From assembly GCA_000708835.1 (NCBI GenBank), contig DF237034.1, positions 62,001 through 126,000 of the forward strand: a stretch of 64,000 nt of DNA. The letters are read 5' to 3'. Positions 11,289-22,416 of this stretch are shown piece by piece (the first letter of the stretch is position 1; each line of letters starts with the position of its first letter). Below the pieces are notes generated by a model. The model searched no databases. It had not been told where the DNA came from and worked only from the letters and a program-made list of their open reading frames with translations. The stretch comes from Klebsormidium nitens. Its lineage: Eukaryota; Plantae; Klebsormidiophyceae. The position numbers and the translations under genes are program-made.

Positions 11289-12057
11289 TCTTGAACTTAG
11301 GGTTCCCAGATAAGTATGATCAGGCCTGATCAGGCACGGGGCTGCCGACGACCTTCGCAAACGACTCTGGGACGATCAATATATTGGAAGCCTTGCTTGT
11401 TCCGTGCAGGTCATCGATGAGCTGCACAGCAACTTGAACGAGCTCCCCGCCGTGGGGGATTAACCATGCTTAATTCTCCTTTGCCAATTGGGCGCCCATG
11501 TCCACCTGTTTCTGTGGTGCCAGGCGCCTGTTAGGCTAAAGTGTAAAGCAGAATGTGCATACCTATCAATGACGAACTATAGCCTATATGCTTGTTGTAT
11601 AGGGTATTATAAATGAATATGGATTTTATGCCCTGGCTTGACAGTGGTACATATTAGAAGGTAGTTGGGGGCTTGTTGCATGTAGGCCTTATCTCATCGA
11701 CGGCTGTAGAGCTGCCGACAGTCCAATGGACATCAGAGGAACACTTTGAGCGTTGGATCAGTATTGCCTATGTATACCGTATACGAAGGGTCCATCACCT
11801 CTTCAAACAAGCTACCCGTAAATTCGTGGGCGTCCAGCTATGCACCGCCTGCTGGTTTGCCAGCGTTGTGCAAGAAGAACCATGCATCCCTGCATCAGGC
11901 TGCATCACTTTTTGAAGTTTAAACTGTGTCCCCTCTTTCGAAATTTGCCTTGGCACTGGAGCTAAAACTTTAGAAAGGCGTCAAATTGGGGAGGTCGGCC
12001 CGAGCACTTGCCAACAGCCGAGATCTATCAGATCCCTTTCAGAATCAAGAAGTCATC

Positions 12058-14510
12058 ATGGCGCTTGCAGGCGCTGCCAGAGCAGCGGTGTCGTTAAATG
12101 CCATGAGCTGCGCTGCGGGGGGCAGTGCCAAGGATCTTGGCGCCCCCAGCCTGGCAGCCCTGCCTGTCCACCGGCTGAGCAGCACTGCCGCTCATGGAGT
12201 CCAATTGCCAGCAATCAGACCAATGATGGCTGCTGCAGGGCATCATGCGAAGAGCTGCAAGGTGCAAGCAACCGTTGCCGCCGCTCCTGCCGCCAGCTCA
12301 GCAGCTGTGCAGGAGGAGGGCAGGGTGTACAACTTTGCAGCGGGGCCAGCGTGCCTGCCGTACAACGTACTGAAAGAGGCGCAGGCAGATCTGATCAACT
12401 GGAAGGTGAGACAGCTTGATTACGCGGGTGATCACGGGGTGTGCACGCCTTCACTATGATGAAGTGACCATCACCCTTGTGTTGGTTTGAATTTTGGGTT
12501 GTGATGGGTAAGGTGATTGCCTCACTGCAATCAAATGCGAGGCATGCTGATCAGTTGATGAAGCAGTAATTTACGGTGGAAGATCTCGATTGGCGTCCGT
12601 TAGCAGATCTTCGATCTTTAGGCACTGGTTGGTGATGCCGAGCTCAAGCCCCAGGTTGCTGCTTCTTGAGTGGTGGTGCTGGGCCTTGTAATCAGTAATT
12701 GCAGAATCAACTTATTTTTTGTGTTTGCGGTCAGTGTGAGCAGTGATACTTGTCCTCATGACTTGCCATGGCATTGCAGGGCACTGGCGCCAGCGTCCTG
12801 GAGATGAGCCACCGCTCGAAGCAGTTCCTGTCCATCATCCAGAAAGCGGAGGCGGACCTGCGGGAGCTTCTGGCCATCCCTGACAATTACAAGGTCCTCT
12901 TCTTGCAAGGCGGTGCCACCTCGCAGTTCTCCGCAATCCCTTTGAATCTAGCTGGCCCTGAGGACGCGGTGGACTATGTTGTGACGGGATCATGGGGTTC
13001 AAAGGCTGTCCAGGAGGCTGGCAAGTACGCCAAGGCGAACCTGGCGGCCACGGGCAAGCCTGGCAAGTTTACTGATATCCCCCCCCAGAGCGAGTGGAAG
13101 CTGACCCAGGGAGCCAAGTACCTGCACATCTGCGCCAATGAGACCATCCAGGGGGTGGAATTCAAGGAGTATCCGGAGGTGGAGGGGGAGACGGTGCTGG
13201 TGGCAGACATGTCGTCAAACTTCTGCTCCAAGCCTGTGGACGTGTCCAAGTTTGGTCTGATCTACGCTGGGGCGCAGAAGAACGTGGGGCCATCGGGGGT
13301 GACAATCGTGATTGTGCGGGAAGATCTGTTGGGGAAGGCGCAGCCGAGCACGCCGGTCATGCTAGACTACAAGATCCACAGTAACAACGAGTCCCTGTAC
13401 AACACGCCACCCTGCTTCAGCATCTACATGACAGGTGAGCTGCAATAGCATTATTGGATTCCTGCTCCGATCGTCATATCTTCTTGCGGCTTATATTGCT
13501 GTGGCGATGCTGTTGCAAGACAGGTGGGTCACCTTGACCATTTATTGCAAGGGGTAAATAATGTGGAAAGACATGGGGAATCGACTTTTCAAGTCGACTG
13601 GTCGATGGGCCCTGTCGTGGTCTGGGCAAAGGGGCCTTTTTTCAGTATGCAGACTGCCAGACAAAGTTCTCCTTGATGCTGTGGTGGTGCACATGCCACT
13701 ACAGCTGTGGTCACAATGCATGTGTCTACCACTACCTGTAAAGCTGCTGCCCCTAATCGTCTGATAGATGTATCATCCACTCACAAGCCGCTTCTGAACA
13801 GATGTTCGCTTCTGGGATCACCAGGTGGATGCTTCAGTATTTGTGTCGCAGTGATCTCGAACCAGGAGTAGGTCTGAAACTCGTGTCTGAATTCGGCGAA
13901 TCTGACTCTGTGTGAGTCTTGCAACCCCTGCAGGTCTCGTGTTTGCCGACCTGTTGAAGCAGGGCGGCCTGGCTGCGGTGGCCAAGAAGAACGAGGAGAA
14001 GGCCCAGCTCTTGTATGACGCCATTGAAGGGAGTGACGGCTTCTTCAAGTGCCCCGTGGCCAAGCCTGTACGCTCCCTCATGAACGTGCCCTTCACGATG
14101 CGTGACCCGGAGCTCGAGGCAGAGTTCCTCAAAGAGGCAACCGCACAAGTGAGTTGGGGACATTCACCATCTGGCTGCCTTACTTGAGCCATCGCACTGC
14201 TTAGCAGCGGGGTTCGAGTTTTGATGGAATGTTTCCCCATCTTTTCTTTCTGCACTCGTTAGTGATTCGGAAAGGCGGAGGACTACGCCACTGTAAGTAT
14301 TCCGTTTGCATTGAGAACTATGGAAGTGGACGTCAGGCTGCAAGGTCTTGCTTGTCTCACTACCTTTTCTGTTGACTGCAGGGATTGATTCAGCTGAAGG
14401 GGCACCGTTCCGTGGGTGGCGTGCGTGCATCCATCTACAACGCACTCCCCTTGGCGGGTATTCAGAAGCTGGTTCATTTGATGAAGGATTTCCAGGCCAA
14501 GCACTCATAA
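12058..14510 (+). CDS. PSAT: Phosphoserine aminotransferase, plastid-targeted
   Basis: 4 exons: 12058-12405, 12780-13434, 13934-14148, 14382-14510. Motifs [30 protein letters not shown], the PLP-binding [17 protein letters not shown] and [15 protein letters not shown]. Ala/Ser-rich transit peptide. Confidence 0.97.
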
Positions 14511-15959
14511 GGTCCCTTTCACTTTCTTGTACTGCTGGGCAACATCCACCAGATGGTTTTTGCTTACAGAAATGTTGATAAGATAGGTGTTGAGAGACTC
14601 CCTGAATCGATACGAACCTGTAACATTGTAGAAAGGCACTGTGGGTTTATAAGCTGGGCATCCATGTGTCACTTAGCCCGATTCCTGTTACGACTTTTGA
14701 GATGGACGCAAATTGCTGTCAGACGCCTCAAAGTGCTGTAGCGTGACGATCAAAAAAATGCGGCAAAATTTCCAGTTGAAACCCGGCCAGGCCGCATGTG
14801 AGCTACTCGGTGCGTCTCGATCCGAATCAAGTTTCATCAGCTTTGTAGTAAGTTCCCTGAACTACGCATGGCGTAAAGACACTAAAAAGAATTATCACTT
14901 GTCGAGATAAAAAGTAGATCAATGCCATGAGAAGCCTATGGCCTATTTGGCGACGGCATATTTGAAAGAGACCATCATGGCGGCCTGGTGAGATCGTATA
15001 CTTGTTTGGAAGGCTCGTGCAAGTGATTGATTATAATGATCAAGAGCTTGTGTAATTCAAGCTTGAGCCGGTCTGAAATGCCAGGTATCGAACTGGCGCG
15101 GACAGAAAGCATACACACTGAGAGCCTACGTCTAGTACGTGGGCCTAAGCGCAAATGGGGCGGCTAGGTTTTAGAAGAGCCCGTCGGACTCGAGGGGCCG
15201 CGAGATGTCGCGAAAATCATGTATACGACTGAATGCTCCCGGCGACCCATACATGCGCTTCTATGACGGAATTAGATGCAAGTTGTGCACGTTGGAACCG
15301 TTGTGCTTCAGCGGTTGCGCATGAGTTCGATCGACTCGGTTTTTGACGGTCGCTCAATACGCACAGCAGCCTTTTACGTTGCAACAGATGGTCGACATGC
15401 ACGTCCTCGGTGTAGGCTACAGTCCAACCGCGGCCGCTTCAACTCGGGTGCGCAACCTGGCCGCCGTGTGTTGCAGATACCTATGACGGTCGATTCTTCG
15501 AAACATCAATGATAACGGCTGAATATCTACATTTTAGTCTGTGCTGAAGCATGGTCGCACACTCAGCTGTTCTGACGGAGTGGGCCAACAGATTCCAGCG
15601 TATCAATCCCATTCAAGCTGGTCCGGGCAGCGAAGAACTAGTGTTTGGCGCCAAGAGTATATGACGGACAGACGGATAGCACTTCAAGAAAAGCATGGCC
15701 AAAGCGTTCGTAGCCACTTACTTTTCCCATAACGCCAGGCATGCTGCATTCTTCAATGATAAAGTCCGTGGTCGAGTGTGACTGAAACGATGACCGCCGG
15801 GAAACCATGCGCAGGTGAATTGTGAACGTTGCATGATAAGAGGTCCGTCTGCGTTAGCAGCTTTTGATGTGGCTCCTGTGTAGGCTGCTGAACGATTGAC
15901 GTGTACACCTCACCGACTCAGACAACTCAAACTTCAGATTTCGGCAACGCTTCGATAAA

Positions 15960-18900
15960 TTACGGGAACCTGAGGTTGGACACGATGTCCTGCCGGGTGT
16001 AGATAGGATGCGTCCACTCCAGGTACCTGCAATCAGCAAACGAGAATCAAAATCGTCGTTGCAAAAACTTGGTGACGCAGTCAGAAGCATGGGCGCCGCA
16101 CAGCCTCGGCTCAATCAAGGACTCTCGACAAGGTGTGTCAGCCCCTCTTGAAGCAGTTTAATCATTGGCCAAGAGCTAGCCTGAGATAAGAAGATCATGA
16201 TCCCAGTGTTCAAGAGCTGCACCGTCGACTCACTTGTAGGCGTTCTCGGTGTGGTCGGTGAAGTAGCCGTCCTGCGGAAAGAAGAGACTCCCATTAGCTG
16301 TTGCAAGCGTGCACACAGTCCGAACTCCAACGAGCGCAGCGCGCACTTCCGTCGAGCTCATCAGGGCAAGGGCTAATCGAGCCCGCGATATCCCCCGTTT
16401 GATATCTACCAGGGGAAATTACGGGTTCAAAACGGCCCTTCCCCATTTGGAACATTGTATCAGACCACCAGCCTGCAAACGGGTCCCCCTCCCGCACAAT
16501 TGCGGCCTGGTGTGCTCACCACGCCGATGACCTTGTCGAAGTAGAGCAGCTCGTTGAGGAAGTCGCCGTGCAGGTCGTACGCCAAGAAGTTGGAGTCCGC
16601 GCGGAACGTGTACGGGTGCACCTGCACGTCAGCGCCCGCGTCAGCAGACAGAACCATCACATGCAGGGCCCACATCAGCATCCAGGCCTCCGCTCTGCTA
16701 CGTCCAAAGATTGACACCAGACGTTGAGTAGTCACGACACGCGTCAAGGACAAAGACTTGCGCCGGGAAGCAGCCGCGCAAAGCGGCGCACCTCCATGTT
16801 GTACTTGTGGGCGCGCGTGACGAAGTCGATGGGCGCCCCGACGTAGTAGTTGGTGGTGGTGTTGACGGGCATGAGGCTGCCCTTGGCGGGGCCCAGCCCC
16901 ACCACGCCCATCGACGCAAACATGGCCATGCTCTCGTCGGTCGCCAGCGAAGCAAACGTCTGCAAGCAACGACGGTTCATCAGCCGCGAACGAGCTTGCT
17001 AGAGGCAGTCAGGAAGGCACCACAAATCGACTGAGTATTTCAACAAGCGGTCCAACGATGCTGGATGAGCGCTCATCTGCATAACACCCGATTGAGCAGT
17101 CTATCGGATCCCTCACTCAGTAATTGGTCAGAAGTAATTGAACGGCCCAACGTCAGCTTATTGCACTCGAGGGGTCGCCACACCAGGGCCCGCACCTGGT
17201 TGGTGTCCTGGGTCCTGGCGGTGAAAGAGTCGTAGAGGAAGACGAGCGGCAGGTCGGTGTACTGGGCGGCCCGCTGGAGGGAGGTGGGCGCGAAGGCCTG
17301 GATGAACACGGGCTTGGCGTACCAGTCCGCGCTTTTGTACTTGCCCTGGTAGCCGTACTTCTGCAGCATCTCCACCACCGCCTGCTCGAAGCTCTTGCCG
17401 CCGGGGAACTGCAGGGGGAGCGCAAAAACTGGGGAGGTCAGGCGGAGATGACCAAAGAGTAGAGTGGTTCAAACAGGGAGCAGTCGAGGCGCATCGAGAT
17501 TGCTGCTCACGGATGGGAAGCCTAACATTGTCATGTGCGGAGCTCTTATTCAATACGCCCAGGAATGTGGTAACTTACCTGCACGTACTGGTTGATGAAA
17601 ACGGGGCTCTTGATCTCTGCACGAAAGATGTCAAGCCCCAGGCCAACACGTGTCAGTATTTATCTACAACACGTGTCAGTATTTATCTACATAAGTATGC
17701 ATACCAGCTCTCAACAAAGAAAGGAACGGATTCTTGTGACACAGTGAAGGTTCACGAAATCGATGCGAAGCTCTAGGCGCACCAGTCTCAATGCAATTCG
17801 CATATTGTTCCTGAGAAGTGTCCTCGCGCCGATGGCGTACCTGGGTAGATGCCCACAATTCTGGGAGCGGCCAGGGCAATCTGGATGTACTTCTCAAAGG
17901 TGATGATGGGGAACTGGCCTGCACGCACGGCAGCAAAGTTATTGGATAACACGGAGCGGATTCCCATCCTCCCATCTCCTCACCAGAGTCTCATGCCACA
18001 GCGAGAGGCAGTCTATAAGCCACTCAGTTGCATTGTGCTGGAAGGATTATTTCCAGAGACCTTCGTAATGAGTTCAACCTGAAAGTAGTCCTCTCAAGAA
18101 CCTGAGTCTCAAATGCACCCTCACGGCTAACGATGAACGATACATTGCTCCAAATGCGTCCTGTTGTCTCTGCCTGCAGCTGCTTACCATCGAAGGACTT
18201 GTCCCTGGTGGTAGGGAAGCGCTGCTTCACGCGCAGCGTTGACAGCTCCTCAAATGTGAAGTCCACTGCACAGCACCACAGCAAGCGCTCAGTCCCGACC
18301 AAAAGCCACTGTATGCCACCATTCCTAAGGCCCATAAGACGCTCAGCAGTCTCCTCGGGCATTAAAACGTTCCCTAGTCGTTGAGCTGACCAGATCAGCT
18401 TGCTGAACGAACGAGACCATTGTGGACGTCTTCAAGGAGGCCTGCTTACCAATGAACCAGCCAGTGTTGACGCCATCGCCACCTGAAGGGAGAAGCATGA
18501 CAAGTGTCACTTATTGGGTAAGGGATTGAATCACTGAGACTCTAGGAGCCACTCACAGTTGTAGGATTGGATGCGACCAGGACTTGTGCTCTGCCCGAAG
18601 ATTTACTCCTTGCTGTCATCAGGTAATACCTGAGATGAGTACGATACCTGGAGCTACCTCTAGTTGACGCTCTTGCCCCTGGAAAGCCGGCTGTACCAGG
18701 CAAGTCAGCATGCTTTCTTAGTATGCAAGTCTTAGTCCTTACCAACAATGTTGTTATACGTCTTCCTCTTGCTGGCAAACTCGGTCCTGTTAGCAACATC
18801 TGCAAAGCAACACCAATGTTACCGTGGGGACGAGAGGGGAGCAGGTCAGTAAACATGCCAAGGGTACCAGAAGCATGAGAGGCAACCAAGACGAGTTGAC

Positions 18901-20062
18901 ACGCCAGAAGCGCCAAACAACATATTCTGGCAAGCTAGTGATTGCAAGCAGATGTAAATGGTGGAATCCAGGCTTACCAGTGAGGAGGGAGAGCTCAATG
19001 TCGTGGCACATGACGAGCACTCCGTCCTTGGTGGCCTCCACATCGCCCTCGATGAAATCCGCTCCAAGATCAATGGCGGCCTGAATGAAAGGAGGATAAT
19101 CGATCGGATATCCAGAGAACAAACACTTGAGCAATGTCCTGACGAGTGATAACTGTCAGTCAGCCCTTCCCTGTTGATCCAATCTTGGCTTCCTGTTTTT
19201 CACTAGAGATTGGCTGTCTCGAGAAGCTTTGACCTTCCTGGCATTAGCCTGATTGCAGGATGTACATCGAAGCTGGTGAGACGTAACACCAGCACACCTT
19301 CATTCCAGCTCACATGTGGAATGCATGACCGTACTTGAAGACATCTCAAGTGCTTCATCTGGAAGCTCCTGATTATGAGAGCAATCCTTTGGCATGCAGT
19401 CCTTCACTCACCAGATAGGAAGGCTCCGTCTCCTCAGGGTAGATGTTGCACGCACCTGTAAGCCAAAAGACTCTGGGTGTCCTGGACTTTCATATATACT
19501 GACAATTTCAACACAGCATTGCATATCCACCTGCCAATTGACTGCAGAGCCGTCGACACCCCAAGCTTGCAGGAACTGGTCTTAAAAGGGGCAATCTGTG
19601 GCGGGTGCTTACATATCACTTGACACACTCTGATCAAACATCTACTTCTTTAGGAGGGATCCTCATGTGCTCAAACCTTACTTGAAAAAGAAAGCGTCAA
19701 TGGCAGTCTGAACATGTGAATAGTACTGGACAAGCAGGCAAGCCCCCCACAGATATCCATGCAGGCCCCAACTCGAAAAGTGCTCCAACTGATTCATTGC
19801 CCTGCACCCCTTACTGCAGTGCATTCAGGCTTGATCTAAGTCGATACGGCCTCCACAGAAAGTAAAGTTGTGTGTCCTCACCTCTGTGGGCTACATTGTA
19901 GGGCCGCTCAGACTGCAGGCCCGCGCCAACAATGGGCTTGACGAAGGGGCTCTGTCTCGGGACCACCGGGGGGTACTTGGGGCTGGTGGGAATGTTCAAA
20001 GCGGAGGTCAGGGTGGATGCGAGGAGCAGGCACGCCACCACGGACACGCGGAGGGCCCCCAT
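15960..20062 (-). CDS. GDPD: Glycerophosphodiester phosphodiesterase (GDPD5/6-like) with signal peptide
   Basis: N-terminal MGALRVSVVACLLLASTLTSA signal peptide. Spliced catalytic motifs RPYNVAHRG|ACNIYPEETEPSYL|AAIDLGADFIEGDVEATKDGVLVMCHD, VDFTFEELSTLRVKQR, IITFEKYI, GIYPEIKSP, VFIQAF, VHPYTFRAD and DGYFTD. The last exon ends ...VSNLRFP* at 15960. Confidence 0.93.
17645..17690. repeat. Perfect 23-bp tandem duplication in a GDPD intron
   Basis: AACACGTGTCAGTATTTATCTAC occurs twice head to tail. Confidence 0.9.
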
Positions 20063-20914
20063 CGTGAGAAATGCGGAGGGGATTGTCTGCCTGTATCAGG
20101 AAATCTTATCGAAGCTGCTACTCAATCTATGCTTGCATTCAATGACCTGCTGTTGAGATCCAGGCCGCCAGGTTTTGAAGAGCATCTACCGTATGCAGAG
20201 CTCTGCACAGTGGACACCACATGGTTTGATCAGTGCATCTTACCGTACCTACCTGCTACAAAGGGAATGTGACGAATGTCGCTGCGGTATATATCTGCGG
20301 TATATTGTACGGTGTAGGTACCTGAAGCATCATTTGATGCCCTCGAAGGGCCTAGCCCAAGTTCCAACTTCTGATTCAGTCAGTCAGACTCAGGATACCC
20401 AGGCTGCAAGAGTGGTCGGTGAAGGGAGAAGCTCAGAGATAAAACGGCGAACCGGGCGCTCACAGACTGCGAGTCGTGGATGGAGCTTGATGTGCCCGGG
20501 GCTAGACCGGACTCGGACTTGCAATCATTGCATGCTTGAGCGTATGATGTATCTAATGCGGTTCTTACCGGCTAGATGCCCGCGCAGTGCTTGTAACTCC
20601 CCGAGAGAACAACCTCGAACTTCTTGGAGTTCCTTATTGTCCGATCGATCGATCATCGAGTGTGCGTGAGGCTGGTCAGGTCAAGATTTGGAGTCTCCCG
20701 AACCCCTGGTTGATACGTCCTTGCTGGATGGGTGGGCACTGCGGTCGCCCGGTGCCGTTGTGACAAGCACCATGGTTTGCACCATCATCATCCTGCATCA
20801 GTGCATGCCCGGGAGTTCCAAAACAGGAATCTTGTCGGCACCAAGGTGAATCTGATGTCGACATCGCGGAGATTCTTCCGTCTGACGTGACGCGTAAGAG
20901 AATCCGCGTCGGAA

Positions 20915-20955
20915 CCGCGGCCGCCCGCTCGCGGCTATGCGCAGGGCGGCCGCGG
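20915..20955. repeat. GC-rich perfect 12-bp inverted repeat (hairpin), intergenic
   Basis: CCGCGGCCGCCC (20915-20926) and GGGCGGCCGCGG (20944-20955) around a 17-nt loop. GGAACC overlaps both ends as a direct repeat. Confidence 0.8.
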
Positions 20956-22416
20956 AACCTTTCAAGCTCAGCGCTCTAAGCCCAGGCTCTCAGGCGTACC
21001 GGGCACACAGCGCCTCCGAGAGCATCGACCATCATTGTCATGTTCCATTCTTGCACTAGCTCAGTCTAGCTGCATACCGGTATAACCGTACTGTTGGGGT
21101 ACTATGATGGCCTTTGAGAGACGCTCTATACGGTCCATGTATCTTATCATCACTCAGAGGACTCAGAGACTTGAATAATCTTGTCAATCTTGCAACCTCA
21201 GTGCAACCCGTAGCCATTCAATGGCACCTTCATTGCATATCATACCAAGATCATACAAGCAGACCCCGGAGCTTCAATTTCCAGCCTGACTGTTCCAGGG
21301 ATCGCCACTCTTCACAATTAATCTAGGTACCGATAGCCGCATGTTACTCAAATCACATGCGACAGCATGATATGTCAACGCCAAGATACTATTCCATGCT
21401 ATTACTCTTTACGTAGACCGGTTCTATATTAAACGTATAAAAGATTGACTGAAAGGACCGGGTCACGTGCTGTGTCGCTTCAATTCTAGCTCGATTCTCG
21501 AACCTCTATTTGCCCTGACCAGTGATTGGCAGCCATATCACCAAACCTTAACAGCCCGGCCATGGAAAAAAAGGCCAATCCTGGCAAGGCTCATATTAAA
21601 CTGCGCGGTCGGTTTCAAACTCCTTTCATCAAGAAATCTGGTGTACGCTATATGTAGGATTGTATACAACCACTTGATTCAGCATAATTAGAACGTTCTA
21701 GTTCCATCATTTCAAAACGCTTGCGGATGATTATTTGGCTCGGACTCATCCAAGCCGGCCCATGGCCGTATTCAATCTTGAAGATCCTGCGTGCTAGTGT
21801 AACTTCACCGGCCAGTGCTAGCTGCTAATGTGCCATGCGGCGGGCCTCGCAAGTTTCAAGCGATCAAGACAAGGCAATGTGCCGCCCCTTGACTGAGGCC
21901 ATACGAGTAAGTTGGGCAGAATCGGTCCCAAGATATTGGGCGAATGCAAGCATGTTCTCTAGCAGCTGACCAAACACTCGCATGGGAAGCAATGGAGTCA
22001 AATCCAGCCTGTAGTTCGATATTTGAATTGAACTTGCGAAGACATGTATTTAGAGAAAGAGCATTACAACCTGACGAGTTTATGCAGCGAACCTTTACTA
22101 CTAAAAGATATGACAGTAGGAAACCACAGACCGACACTTTCGAGAGTTTTTAGAGCGAACGCGATCTCCTGCCCTCGTTGCAAAATGGTATATGTACTAT
22201 TAATGCGATGTGTCCGCATCTAATGGAGGCCAACGGTTCTTAGGTGAAGTCGAGAACCTGAGCGACGCAATAAAAGCTGCCCCTTACGACTTACAATTAA
22301 TCACTTCTCAAATCGACCCAACATAGCAGGAACACTCCGAGAATGGGATCCCCCTCACAACACCTCCTCGGTCATTGCCGTGAATTGTTGGACCCGATTA
22401 CGCAGAAATGAACGTC

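Noticed and set aside
12455-12551. Possible C/D-box snoRNA in PSAT intron 1 (ATGATGA...CTGA)
   Set aside because: There is no convincing terminal stem or recognisable rRNA-antisense guide. TGATGA followed by CTGA is expected many times by chance in 64 kb.
19521-19528. P1BS-like GCATATCC in GDPD intron 1 (phosphate-starvation element)
   Set aside because: It is biologically attractive for a GDPD, but it is a single degenerate 8-mer expected roughly every 4 kb, and none was found in the proximal promoter.
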